DNA from: Vicugna vicugna
Taxonomy: Eukaryota
Reading direction: 5' to 3'
Assembly: GCA_013265495.1 (NCBI GenBank)
Contig: MU058213.1
Location: 1,674,001 to 1,738,000 of the forward strand
DNA: 64,000 nucleotides
Both the position numbers and the translations under genes were made by a program. The number at the start of each line of letters is the position of its first letter. The first letter of the stretch is position 1. Below, piece after piece: positions 27,465-40,415 of the stretch. The notes below the pieces were generated by a model. That model was not told where the DNA came from. It did no database searches and was given only the letters and a program-made list of their open reading frames with translations.

Positions 27465-27640
27465 CCAGCACTGTGCTAAGCATATGGATTAATATATTAA
27501 CTCCTCACAACAGGTTTATGAAGCAGGCATTGCATTTTCCACTTGAGATATCCGAGTGGCTAAATATGTAGCCCAAGTCACAGAGTAGGATTGAAAGCCA
27601 GTTCTCTATGACCTCAGAGCTGGGCCTCAGTCATCATCTC
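27465..27640 (-). mobile_element. MIR SINE
   Basis: 'cagcactgtgctaagc...ctcctcacaacag...gcccaagtcacag'. Confidence 0.6.
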
Positions 27641-27857
27641 TGCCATGTGGTGCTGGCACACCATCCAGGCCTCTCTGCAACCTGACTGACTATACTAACA
27701 GTGGTTTTCCTGCTGTCAGATTTGTCTATTGCATTACATGAGGAGCTACAGCACTCCACAAATTATTCTTGATAAATATTCATTAAAGCAGTTTTGTAGT
27801 ATTCAAGTTTACTAATTAACTATGTATCATTAAAGCCTAAGTGTAATTATGTCAAAA

Positions 27858-27858
<1 letters not shown>

Positions 27859-27891
<33 letters not shown>
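27859..27891. repeat. (ATT)n microsatellite
   Basis: Directly visible. Confidence 0.95.
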
Positions 27892-29125
27892 TTGCCTTGA
27901 GAATTTCAAGGAAAACCAGACTACACACTTTGACTCAGCAGACAATTTGCATTCTCTTATGTATTAATGTCTTCTTGACATAGAAAGACTATGGGCTCCC
28001 TGAGAACATCATTCACTTGGATGCAAGGGAGAACTGAGTACAGGGTAATAGTGTCAAAGCAAATTTGTGGAGAATTTTACTGTAATGATGCTCATTTTCT
28101 AGACAAGAAAAATAAATGAGTCCTTTGGGGGGCAGTGAAAAATCTGTCAGTGATATGGTGTATTGAAGTGTTCTGAGTATTCAGTGACTTTATTTCTTTA
28201 GTTTCTTTTCAAAGAATTTTAATTTCACGACAGAACAATATACTTGTAAAAAATATAGCTTTTGTTGAATTTTTATCCCCTTGGAACATTCTGTGATTCA
28301 GTTCTCCAAGGACTTCTGTATAACTTTACACAACATGAACCTTCTCAGATAATGGCACTGTGTACACCAATCTTGCTGAGGTGTGTACAAGGATGCATGA
28401 AGGTGAAAGTTACATGATCTGTGTATATTTCAATTGCTGTGAAGGGAGGGAGGAGACTAATGGCACCACCAGGTTATTTAGCTCTCACCTATTAAGAAGA
28501 AATAGATACATTTCAACCAATCATATTAAGTTTATCTCTGACCTAGGTTTCCGAGCATATTCTGCCATAACTGGTTCACCATCTTGGCTTCTTTTCTAGA
28601 AACAGGGGGGAAATCCACAAGAAAATCTCAGAACCTCTTTTACAGATAAGTACAATTTACGATCATTTCCTGACAACAGAGGAAGGTGAAATATGTATTT
28701 TTTTCAGTTGTTAAGAAAAACCATCTTTCAACCTTTCTACTTCTTTACCTTTAATATTTCGACTACCACCTCTTGGTGCTTAAATGATAAAGCCTCTGAA
28801 GACCCAGGATCTATAGAAGGAAAGGGCTAGAAGGGCATGAAAGTATCAGCCAAAGGAAAGCATAAATTGTATCTCTAATCTGAAAGGCTTGAAAGTGAGA
28901 TGATCCTGTCCATGTAGCAGTGGCATCCGTGCCCAGGTGCTGTTCTGGACCTCTGCTCTCCAATATCATCAGACAGTTAGGACTTCTAAGGACTCACTGT
29001 GCTGTGTGTGCTTCTAGAACTTCAAGGCTGTTACTCTCTACCCCTGGCATCCAATCAGTGTAGAGACTGAATGGTTGATTTGGTTTAGGCATTTCCACAA
29101 CAGTGGCAACACTTTCTGAGTTTGG

Positions 29126-29158
29126 AACCCTAACCAGAACCCTAACCCTAACCCTGAC
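29126..29158. repeat. Short degenerate (CCCTAA)n telomere-like repeat
   Basis: aaccct aaccag aaccct aaccct aaccct gac. Confidence 0.7.
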
Positions 29159-29999
29159 TGGATGGAACACACTGTTCCTATTGCTTTACAAGTACCATGT
29201 CAGTTGATCCCAACAACAATTCTATGAGTACTGTCATCTTAATTCTTCAGACAATTAAATTGAAGCACAAAGTTAGTAATTTAGTCACTATCATACAAAA
29301 GTAAGTGATCAGGCCAGGACTGACATCTGGACATATTCTAATGCCTAAATCTGGGCTTATAATCACTAAACTACACTACAGGCCTATGGCAGATGTTATC
29401 TGAATGATGTTTTAAAATGTGATTTTAGAAACAAAGATGTTATTTAGAAAAAAAAAAACTCAGAAATACCAAGAATGAAGATTAAACAGGTTTTCCTAAA
29501 TGACTATACTAAGCATTTTGGCTAATTACAGGTATTTAATGAAAGTTTCATTTGGTGGTTCATGATTTTTGTAATTGTATTCATTGCTCACCAAATCTTC
29601 CTCATGTGTAAGTTATATTGATAGTTTTTTGGTCATTTATGTGACTCTGTTTCTGATCTTTTGTATATAAGTTTGCTGTTTACTTCTATTTACTTCTTCA
29701 TGCTCATGTGTTATATTTTGAGAGATTTACAGATTCTGTCTATATTTTCCTAACACTCCGTAATTTTATTTAGGGTCCCTACTACCTTAGCTGCAAGTGC
29801 TCTGAGATCTGTTCCACTGCAGCTATTGGCCTATTTTTCTTCTTTGTTCTTTTTTTGTTCTTTGAATTTAACCTCTCTGTGCATAATATTACACTGTATC
29901 AGGCAAACCTTCTTACATTGTCCTTTCTCAGGCTGAGTTGTCTGCTTATTTGCTCTCTTTCCTTGGTTCTGGCCACTTATCTTCAGCATTAATCATCAG

Positions 30000-30470
30000 A
30001 ATAATGCAATCAGCTATAAGGAATAGAAACTGTGACTAGCTAAAGCTTAAAAAGGGCAGGTATACTTTACATGCCACAGGTCCAGAGGTAGCAACTGTTA
30101 GTCCAACAGGTCATTAATGTCAAGATAGATTTTTCCGCTATCCTCTCAACCTTTCCCTATGAGCATAATTTAACAGCAGAGGCTTCAGCTATCACATACG
30201 CATTCCAGGCAGGAAGAACTAGGAAAGGCAGCACCAGCTGTACATATTCTCCTTAATCAGTAAAGTGAAAGCTTTATCTCAAAATACCCAGATGACTTCT
30301 GTTTTTGTTCTCATAGGCCAAAACTGTGCCATAAGGCATCTCCTAAGTATAATGGAGGCTGCAAAACAAGCAATTAGCTGGTCACATTGGTTCCCTCTTA
30401 AACAATATTGGGCTTCTGTTAACTACAAAGGGGGGATGCAAAATGAGCAAACAGTTTTGGTGTACAGAAA
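30000..30470 (-). mobile_element. MLT1-type MaLR LTR
   Basis: 'cagctataaggaatagaaactgtgac...gcttaaa', 'ttccaggcaggaag', 'cagatgacttctg...tcataggcc'. Confidence 0.55.
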
Positions 30471-30489
30471 GCTGTTTCAGAGCATCTGT

Positions 30490-30885
30490 TTTTGCTTTCT
30501 GTCATGGTAATAACATATTGGGCACATGGCCACCTACCTACGTTTTCCAGCCTCTCTTGTAGCTAGATGTGACCGTGTGACTGAGTTCAGGCTGGTGACG
30601 TTTGGATAGAAATGACATGTGCCTTTTTCAGGTATTGCTTGTAAAATGATTGGCTGTGCTCTTACCTGGCCTTTTCGCCCCTTCTTGTTAGTAGGGAAGT
30701 TGTAAGAACTGGGATGGCTGCCTTGGACCCAGCATTGAAAATGGCAGAACTGACTACTAGCCCTTGATGGCCTACCTACCTTTGGATTATTATGTGGGAG
30801 AGAAATAGATCATTTCTGTTTTTGATTGGACACTGTATTTTTAGCCTTTCTTATAGCTGCTTATCTCATAACCTAACCATCACAG
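30490..30885 (+). mobile_element. MLT1(H/I-like) MaLR LTR
   Basis: 'tttccagcctctcttgtagctagatgtgaccgtgtgactgagttc', 'atgtgggagagaaatag'. Confidence 0.7.
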
Positions 30886-31744
30886 CAACTGATAATATCT
30901 GCCTCCTCATTCACACCAGATTTCATTCCATTGCATGCCCTAAGAAAGTCTGCCCTGGCCACTGGCTACCAGGTCACTGTCTCTTTGCTCATGCTATTCA
31001 CCATGGCTTCTGTGGATACTGATTACACTGGACCCAGTCAATGACCACACCTCTACTCTTACATATGGGTTTCCCAGAGTCTATTCAGTCTGGCCATTGT
31101 AAGGGTAAATGTCCGTTCTTGATTTGGGGAAGGGAAAAATAGTCACTAGAAGTCATTGTTCCCCCAACCCTCTACCTCCACCTCCAACCCAGGCACAGGA
31201 GCAGACAAGCCTTCTAAGAGATTCTTGTTTCTCACTTTCAAAACTATCCTTTTTTGAAAAGAAAGAAGATAGAACAAATGATAATGCTTTAACAGCTACC
31301 AACTCAAGTCAAAAGGGCTGTCATCCTGGTGAACGATCTTTTGGCATTTGTAACCTTCAAACACCTTCCTGCTGGTCATCTCAAGTCACTTTTGCCTTTC
31401 TTAGTCCTAAATTTTATTCTTATCCTTTGTCTTGATAGTTGCCTTTTTTTCTTTTGAACTACACCAGGCAGCATTTTAGGAAAAAATGATATGATTTGAT
31501 ATATATGAATGATATAAATTTTAAAATGTGATTTGCATTCATCTTTTCCATACATATATTCCACAAAATTAGTTTATGGTCAAGGTTGATCTTGTAAGAC
31601 TGAACAATCAATAAACTTTGTCTCCTGCCTTTTTATTTTCTTGCATTTTTCTGCCCTTTCAAATTTCCTTCATCTCCTTACTCTCCAGAAGAGCTTCCTG
31701 TTTCATTATGCTTCCCTGATCTCTCTTGTTATTTAAAAGCACCT

Positions 31745-32100
31745 TCCTCAGAACTATCAAGGTCATCAGAAACAAAGAAAGTCTGAGAAACTGTCACAGA
31801 CCAGAGGAGACTAAAGAGACATTATGACTAAATGAAATCCTGGATGGGATATAGAAAAAGGACATTAGGGTAAGACTAGTGAAATCCAAAAAATGTGTGG
31901 AGTTTAGTTAACAGTAATGAACCAACGTTGGTTTCTTAGTGGTGACAAATGTATTAAGGTAATGTATGATGTTACGAATAGAGGAAACTGGTTTTGGGCT
32001 CTAGGCAAACTCTCTAATACCTTTGCAACTTTTTTGAAAATCTAAAACTATTCTAAAATGGTAAGTTCATTAAAAATAAACACTTAAAAACTAAAAAATA
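31745..32100 (+). mobile_element. L1MC/MD-type 3' UTR fragment
   Basis: 'tcaaggtcatcagaaacaaagaaagtctgagaaactgtcacagaccagaggagactaa...aaatctaaaactattctaaaa...aataaa'. Confidence 0.8.
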
Positions 32101-33319
32101 TAGGGGGAAAAGCACCTCACAAACTCCTTTATGTTAAGGATTTGGAGACACCATGTGAAGCCATTCATGAAGCGTTTTCCTAAGACAGCATTTCCCAAAA
32201 GATATTCTTAGAATAAAATACATTAGTAGCTTCATGACCAGATGGTCATTGGTGAGATATTTGGTTAACATCATTCCTCCCTTAGAACTTACTAATATAT
32301 GTACATAATTCATGGTACATAATACACATTAACTTAAAAAAGTCCTGAAATTAAGAGACTCTTTTGTTTGATAGAGGGTTTCTCATATTTATTTGGCTGT
32401 GTGAGCTTTTTTTCCTCAAATAGTATGTCACTTCCTATGGAAATAATATGCTACAAAGACACCCTAGGAAAGTTGTTTCAGAGAAAGCAATCCTTAGTTT
32501 GGAAGCTTGCATGGTGGAAATTTAGGGATGGCATTAAAACTCTAGGAGCAGTAACTTCATGGTTTTGCTCTTATCACTCCACACTACTCCACCAAGCCAC
32601 AAATGTGACTCCTCAGGGAATGTTCAAGGTACAGGAAAATCACTAAGGTTTTATTATAGATACAAAGGATGCAAATTGTACTTAGAAACACACAATGTCA
32701 GTCTCCTGACTCTGCTAATTGACTCCAACTTTAATGGTGCTAGGCTCATTATTCCCCTTTTAGCAGTGTCCAACATCAGCATTTGGGAGCCTTTGAAACC
32801 ATATGCATCTTGAATAGGTTGCAGTTTGATCATTTAAAGCAGCAAAGATCAATTGTCCAGGCTCTAGCTATGCGAGATTGGCAAACCAGACTGCAGGATG
32901 GCTGATCCTCTTACTTCAGCTGCCTTCCAACTGATACTGATTGCTGCATCCACATCAATTGGTCAGTGATCCACATCAGTTAAAGTTGCTCAAAGGCACA
33001 GAAAGAAGTTGCTTTATCTAACCTCACATCAGTAATACAGGAGCAGCTAAAGGGGGAAAGGGCTTTTGTGTGACTTTCAACGGAATATGAAGTATGCTGA
33101 TCCATCATCTGTAGAGTCACTCTAAAGAAGATTCTAATGAGCCACATTCTGTCTTAGTAGGAAAAGGAATGGATTTTTGCTACTTGATCCCCATTCCTCA
33201 TTTTTTTCTCCTTGGGTTGCATTATGGTGAATTTACGGGACATTTGGAGGGCTAAGCCAGTGGCTGCACCTAATCATATCTCATTTGACATAAATGAGGT
33301 TTTTAAGCAATATTTGATT

Positions 33320-33585
33320 TAAATATTGGTTAAGTACTCTTACTCTTTGTCAGCAGTATCCTATGATATATCAGTGAAAAAGATATGCTCTCTGTCCTCA
33401 AGGAATTCCCAAGCTGGCAGCAAAGACAGACAAGAAAATAGACAACTACAGTACAAGATGTAGGAGCTTTGATAAGGGGAGATTCTAGGTGCTTTAGTAA
33501 TATTGAGGAGGAACTGTGGTGTGCCCTGGGGCAAGGTGGAGGAGCACTCAGGGAAGACTTCCTGAGAGAGGTGACATCTGATCTA
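33320..33585 (-). mobile_element. L2 LINE 3' fragment
   Basis: 'ctctgtcctcaaggaattccc', 'tcagggaagacttcctgagagaggtgacatctga'. Confidence 0.7.
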
Positions 33586-34819
33586 ACAAAATAGTACATG
33601 TTCTGTGCATGATCTTACCTATCATCAAAATATGGAGAGAGGTTATATACAATTAGGATACCTACCGAACCATGGACTTCCTGTATAAAACAAAAGCTAG
33701 ACACCCTGGGGAGACTCTTGCATTTTATTTTGTTTAGGTACCGAATGGTCTTTAGATTATTTAGCAAAAACTTATATGTCATCTCAAGCTAGAGTCTCAC
33801 ATATGTGAGTGATAAGTGTGTTGAATAAACACAACTTCTGATGTAATCAAAAGATAGCTCTACTGATTTTTTCCCCTACTGCACTATATACACTTTACTG
33901 AATGTGAATAGCCTGTTCCTGCCCCCAGAAGAAACCCAGGCAGGTTCGCAGATTTTAAAGCTCAGTCTAAGGCAATAGAAAGATCCAGAGTCCCTTTAAG
34001 TCACAAACACTGCCTCAATTCAGGAAATCAAATGTCTGGACCCATGTTAGAAAAATATCTCCAAATGCAAGTTATGGTCCCTGCCCTGGGGCTGGCTGCA
34101 GTCTAAAAACGTGAAGTGGGTGAAGAGAGGGTGGGCTCCCCACTCTGCTCACCTCGTTCCCAGCTGTAGCTGGTGCCATTTTGTTTCCTGTCTGTGTGAA
34201 TGGAGGGGATGGATGGGGAAAAAACCTGGGTGGGAGAGTATGTACAAGGCTAGGTGGCATCTCACTTCCTGGGCTAGGGAGATGATCGAACTTGACTCTC
34301 TTTGGAAAGAGTGATGGCAGCCTCTTTCCTCTCTCCCACAATTTCTGACCCTGGTAGATACAGCTGTGTTCCAGGTTGGTGGCTCCTTCCTCAGCCCCTG
34401 GGAATCTGGTGCTATTTCTATTCTTTCACTGTTAAAGCCAGCTCACCCTATGTTGGTTCTGTTGAGTGAGAATTAGATCACCCTACGTCTGCACCTCAGG
34501 AGACGCTCTCATTCCCCACACACTAGCAAATTCTGGGAAAGCAGTTCCCATGGAACTTTCTTCAGTGGGCAAGAGATGAAAGGACAGCCCCCTCCCCACC
34601 CACTACATATGTATACACACATTCAAGGATGGGGGTAGGGGAGATGGGGCCTATTTCCATAAAGGACCAGATAGTGAATATTTTAAGTTTGTGGGCCTTA
34701 TGGCCCTGCTGTAACTATTCAACTTTGCCACTGTAGCACAAAACAGCTGTAGACAATAAGTATACAAATGAGCATAGCTGTGTTCCCATAAAATTTTATT
34801 TACAAAAGCAGGCAGCAGG

Positions 34820-36430
34820 TAACCCAATTAAAAAGTAGGCAAAGAATTTAAATAGACATATGTCCAAAGAATACATACAAATTGCTAATAAGTACATGAA
34901 CTGATGCTCAACATCTTTAATCATTAAGGAAATGAAAACCAAAACTGCAATGAGATATCACTTCATGCTTACTAGAATGGCTGTAATAAAAAAGATGGAC
35001 AATAACAAGCATTGATAAAGATGTGGATAAATTGGAACCTTCATGTCTTGCTAGTGGGAATGTAAAATTGTGTAGCCAATTTGAAAAACAGTGTGGCAGT
35101 TCCTCAAAGTATTAAAATAGAATTACCATATGGATCAGCAATTCTACTCCAAAGTATCTACCCAAGAGAAATAAAAATGTATGGCCATGAAATTGGTACA
35201 GCCTCTATGGAAAAAACAGTATGGAGGTTCCTCGAAAAATTAAAAGTAAAACTATCATATGATCCAGCAATCCCACTTGTGGATATATGTCTAAGGGAAA
35301 TGAAAACAGGATCTCAAAGAGATATCTGCACTCTCATATTCATTGCAGCATTATTTACAATACCCAAGATATGGAAACAACAAATGAAATGTCCATCAGC
35401 AGATGAGTAGATAAAGAAGATGTGGTATATATACGCAATGGAATATAATTCAGCCATGAGAGAGAAGGATCTTGCCATTTGAGAGCATTATGCTAAGTGA
35501 AATAAGTGTGACAGAGAAAGACAGAAACTATATGATGTCATTTATATGTGTAATCTTAAAAAGCTAAACTCATAGAAACAGCAAGGGCTAGGGATAGAGA
35601 AAATGTGGAGATGTTGGTCAAAGGGTACAAGCTTCCAGTTATAAGTCAAATAAATTCTGGAGATCTAATGTGTACAACATGACAAGTATAGTTAATCATG
35701 CTGTATTATAGACTTGAAAGTTGCTAAGAGAGTAAATCTTGAATATTCTCACCACAAAAAAGAAATTATAATTATGTGATGAGATGGAGGTGTTGGCTAA
35801 CATTATTGTGATATAAAATTTGCAATATATGTGTATCAAATCAACATATTATACACCTTAAACTTACCCAACATTATCCATTAGTTATATCTCAATAAAG
35901 CTAGGGGAAAAAAGAAAGAGATAAATGTCCATGCAAAAACTTGAGCACAAATGTTCATAATATCATTATTCCTATCCAAAAAAAGTGGGAATAACCTAAG
36001 TGCCCATCAACTGGTGAATGCTTAGACAAAAGGTGATCTATCCATGCAAAGGAATGTTATTCAGCCATAAGAAAGAATAAAATACTGATACGTGCTGCAA
36101 CATGGATGAACCTTGAAAACATTGTGCTAAGTGAAAGAAAGAAGCCAATCACAAAAGACCACATAACATATCACCTAATTTATATAAAATATTCAGAGTA
36201 AGCAAATTCATAGAGACACAAAAATAGATTAGCAGTTGTCTTGGGCTGGAAGCAGATGCGGAGGCAATGAAAGTGACAGCTAATGGGTGCAAGCTCTCTT
36301 TTTGGCATATTGAAACTGCTCTAATATTAGATTGTGGTGTAGACTACACAACTCTGTAAATATATGAAAAACTGTGCAATTTATACAGGTAAATTTTACA
36401 ATATATAAATTATACCACGATAAACTTAAT
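34820..36430 (+). mobile_element. L1MB-type 3' fragment (ORF2 C-terminus + 3' UTR), split by a second L1
   Basis: ORF2 remnants 'KIELPYGSAILLQSIYPREIK'; 'catggatgaaccttgaaaacattgtgctaagtgaaagaa'. Confidence 0.85.
35190..35913 (+). mobile_element. L1MA(9-like) 3' fragment nested in the L1MB
   Basis: Repeats the ORF2 segment 'VWRFLEKLKVKLSYDPAIPL...FIAALFTI'; own 3' end 'ctcaataaagctaggggaaaaaa'. Confidence 0.85.
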
Positions 36431-36534
36431 ACAATAGGCAACAAGGTGGATTTGGTCTGAGAGTCATAATTTGCTGACCCCCGGTCTACAATATCTGCAG
36501 TCTGCCCAGATCTCCTTGAATCCAGTTTTTACCT

Positions 36535-36922
36535 TTTGTGTTTCCTGCCTTGCTCCCCTTCAGTGTGTGAACAGTGTACTCGCAGCTCATTTTAGACGCC
36601 TGTCCTTGGGCTATGGAGCTGCTTTGCCATGGGCACAGTGTAGATCCAGAAGTGCTTGCAGGTTTTCATCCCAGGTTAACCAATAACTGTCAAGTTGGGG
36701 ATTATGAAAGGCCAACCTTCTTGCCTTGGGATAGGATAGCCTGAGATACAACTTCCCTCTGTGGAAGCAGCTATCCTCCGGACCCTTTTCCTGAAATGAT
36801 AGCTCTGCTTGGTTTCCTCCCGTCTCTGTTCCAACTCCCTCACTCTTTTTCTAAATTTCTAAATAATGCCTTGCATATGAATCCTTATCTTAGGGTCAGC
36901 TTCTGAGGACTTAGTCAAGGAA
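36535..36922 (+). mobile_element. LTR16-like ERVL LTR
   Basis: 3' motif 'cttgcatatgaatccttatcttagggtcagcttctgagga'. Confidence 0.6.
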
Positions 36923-37149
36923 ACTCTCTGAAGAGATGAATCTAAGCTAACATCTGAAAGATTAGAAGGCACTAGTTATAAGAAAAAGATAGTGAGCAAA
37001 ACAAATCCTTGTTGCATTAATTTTGTGAGTGTTCTTTTTCCAGATTTAGGAAGATATTGGTCATATATAATGAATTCTGAGTTCAGACTTGTGTATCCAG
37101 GTGCATGGCAGACAGCTCTCTCTATCTCTGTCTACAGTTGTCCCATACC

Positions 37150-37780
37150 AGGCTTATTAACTTCAGTCCCAACTTCTGCTCCAGGCCCCTGCCAGATTTT
37201 CCCTCTTGCTATGTTCTGAAATGCAGTTAGTAACCTGACCACCCATCATTGTGTTCAAATCAGAAATATAGGTTGTTTCTATTGTTCCTTACCACCTCTA
37301 ACTGCCTTTTACCCTAATTTCAAAAATTACCCAGCTCTGTCAATTGTTTTTCCTAAATATTTCATTAGTCTTTCTTTTTCAGTTCATTCCAGGTACTGCT
37401 GCCATATTCTGGGCTTTAATCATATGACAGAAGCCTCCTGGTCTTCCAGCCTAGATCTTGTTCCTCTCCAATCCATCCTCTTCCTAGTGACCAGAACAGG
37501 GACATCTGAAAAATATGCAGACTTGTATGTGTCACAGCAGTGCTCATGACTTTTTGAAGATGTTCTAACAGCTATAGAATTAATGTCCAAATTTATCAAA
37601 ACAAATGCTTGCTCATGCTTTTGTTCCTATTTATTCCTTTGATCTCAACTTGCTTTCTCCTTTTATACTCCAGCAACACAGAATGAGGTAAAGTGCACCA
37701 CCCATTTTTTCATAGCTTCATGCCTTCTCTGCCCAAATACTTTTTCTCCTCTTTTCAATCAGGAACACCTGCAGTCAGTT
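37150..37780 (+). mobile_element. L2 LINE fragment
   Basis: Pyrimidine-rich L2 motifs 'cctcctggtcttcc...cctctccaatccatcctc', 'tatactccagcaacac'. Confidence 0.55.
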
Positions 37781-38329
37781 CTGCTATTACATGACATGCG
37801 TAGTCCTAAAATTACCATGCTGTGCAAAAGTGCACAATAATGCCTCCCCTCTACCACCATCAATGTAGAGTTAGGAGAATAGCATTCAAAAACTTTGCTA
37901 GTGATGCATGTGAAAATAAGATAGGACCCTAATAAAAGCAGAAGCATAGTTTTATATACCTTAAATGGGTAAGAAAAATTAAAATGCTACAATAAATATG
38001 GTACTTAACCTTGAAAAAGACCCAAAGCTTCTTTATGGAACTGGGCAGCAGAAGAGTGCAGCCTGTGAATTATTGTGAAGTGATGGAAGGAGGGTTAATA
38101 TGAAACCAGAAGGAAAGCTGTAACACCATATGTGGGTGGGTGTGGCTCTTAACACCCTCTGTGAACTGAGGAAGCTGTTAGATATTTGAGGTATGTGCAC
38201 CTGTTCATTTTATTATTTTTATGTAGCTCATTTCACTAGAGTGCAGATTTTTGATTCCTCAGTGGTTCTCATACATAAGTGAATACTAATTTAGTGTCAG
38301 ATTATCCTCAAATGTATCAGTCATGCTGG

Positions 38330-40165
38330 AACAAATTCATATATTCAAAATAAGCCTTATAGTAGAACTGACTATACTTAGTTTTCAAAAGGTAGAAGAG
38401 TGGCAGGAAATATAAAAAATGACCCTTGAGGCATCTTGGAATTTTAGAAAATAAGAAAGTGCTCAATAAAGAAAATACCCCACAATGATGAAGTTATGTT
38501 AAAGGGACACAGGGAGCCAATTAAAAGAGTTCTCAATGCCCAAAGCTGGAACAATTTGAGCAACAAAATAAAAAAAAAAATAGAATTGGATTAAAACCCA
38601 GAGTATACAATAAATGTTCATGAGTTCATACTGATATAAATGATTGAATAACTAAATAAATGGAAGAGAAGCGATAAATCTATACAGAAAAATTTCAAAT
38701 AATTGATGTGGATACTCCATCCTCAAGGAGGGGAACATAACTTCCAGTCCCTTAAGCATAGGCTGTGCAAAGTAGCTTCCTTTCAAGGGGCTGGGGGTTG
38801 GGTTTGCACTTGACAGCGGAGAAAGCTGACAAACAGTACTATAGCCGGGTCATCACGTGTTCCAAGCCAACAGTAACAGTGATACTTTATGTTGATTACA
38901 TGACCTTTGACTTGATGTGATGAAAATGGCACTTTAACTTCGTGGTCCTTCTGTTAAAAACCCATAACCCCAGTCTACTAATAAGAAAAACGTTAAACAA
39001 ATCCCAGTAGAAGGACATTTTATAAATGACCAGTACACCTGGAAACTTCCAAGATCATCAAAAGCAAGTAAAGTCTGAGAAACGTAGAGGTAAGAGTGTT
39101 CTAAGGAACAAAACCAGAAATACAGCTCTTGAAACAAGTCAATGCCCACTTATCTTTACCAATCTAAAATGTTACCTATTTCTCTCAAATGCTTAGAGGT
39201 ATTATTAAAAAAAAAAAATCAGGATATTAGAGCAAAAGTTTTCTGTACTAAAGAAGAAAAAAAATAAATGATTATCACCCCAAGGCTTATGGTAATAGAC
39301 AAGTGTACTCCAAAACCCCTAGGAGAAAAATTTTCTTTCTCTGTCTCTTAAAGTTTGGAATCTTATCACGTCTTTGAAATGTAAACACAGCCTACAGTCA
39401 CCTGGGACTGAGCCTGGATTAAGTCAGTCACTAGAATCTGAAACTGAAAAAAGAGGGAAAGCCGGCTTTTGAAACACAGACTGCTAGAAGAACTCTCTTG
39501 CCCAAATTCTAAATTGCTGCCTACTTAAAAATTGTTTGTCAAAGGCAAATACAGATCTTAAAATTGTCCTCCGCAAATAATAAAAGACTTTAGCCATCTG
39601 AGCGAATAGTTTATTCCAACTGTTATTTATAAACTGGAGAGTTTTGTATTGTACCTGATTCATGACTGAAGTTTTAAAATGAACACTATGAGCTCTCTGG
39701 TTTTGTCTATCTATATGTCTATATGTGTACATTATAGATCTGGTATTTTCTACTTTCAGATGGTATTGCCAAATTTAATTTGTAAGAGAGCTCTAATTGG
39801 CTTGAACAAACAAATGCTTATATAAGAATTCTCAAAAATATAATAAAAATTAACCCAAATGTTTTTCAAAAAAAAAAAAGAGTAGTCTAAGGAGGCATGA
39901 CAACTAAATGTAATATGGTATCTTAGATGGGCTCCTGGAATAGCAAAAGGACATTTGGAAAAACAAAGAAAATCTTAACAAATTATGGACTTTACTTAAT
40001 AATATATCAATATTGGTTCATTAGTTATAACAAATGTACTGTCCTAATGTAAGATGTTAATAATAAGGGATACTGGGTATGAGATGTGTGAAAACACTCT
40101 GTACTATGTTTGTATTTTTTTTCTGTAAATCTAAAACTAAAGAGTGAAGTTTATTTTGTTTAAAG
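38330..40165 (+). mobile_element. L1MC-type 3' region interrupted by a retrocopied ERV fragment
   Basis: 'caaagctggaacaatttgagcaacaaaataa', 'ccataaccccagtcta', 'aagtctgagaaac' resumes as 'ctaaggaggcatgacaactaaatgtaatatggtatc'. Confidence 0.85.
39108..39879 (+). mobile_element. ERV1-class internal fragment (MER4/MER34-int-like) with poly(A) tail and TSD
   Basis: 'ataaactggagagttttgtatt', 'gatggtattgccaaatttaatttgtaagagagctcta'; AATAAA 39842-39847, A12 at 39868-39879, TSD 14/16 identical. Confidence 0.65.
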
Positions 40166-40269
40166 TTGGAGGAGAAAACATACATCTTTCGTAAACCCTC
40201 TTCTCAGATTCCATTCAAGCTAAGTCAGTTCTGAATTTGCAGACCACTTATGTCTTAATCCTGCTCTCT

Positions 40270-40415
40270 CCTGTATTCCATCATGGTGTAATCATTTTTT
40301 TCCTCACCCACTGGACCATTATCTCCTTCAAGAAAGGAATCAGGCTGCATTTATTTTTTATCTCCAGTACTTAGCACTGCTCACGTTAATAAAAATGGCC
40401 CAATATGTATATATT
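40270..40415 (+). mobile_element. L2 3' terminus
   Basis: 'cctcacccactggac...tttatctccagtacttagcac...aataaaa'. Confidence 0.55.

Larger units (their letters stand above)
34630..36485. mobile_element. MER58A-like hAT element split by an L1 insertion (halves about 34630-34819 and 36431-36485)
   Basis: 'taaaggaccagatagtgaatattttaag...ctattcaactttgccactgtagc...ataaaattttatttacaaaagcaggc' resumes as 'ggatttggtc...ataatttgctgacccc'. Confidence 0.75.

Noticed and set aside
35081..35410. ORF with an apparent internal repeat
   Set aside because: Read-through of two nested L1 ORF2 C-terminal fragments, not a host gene.
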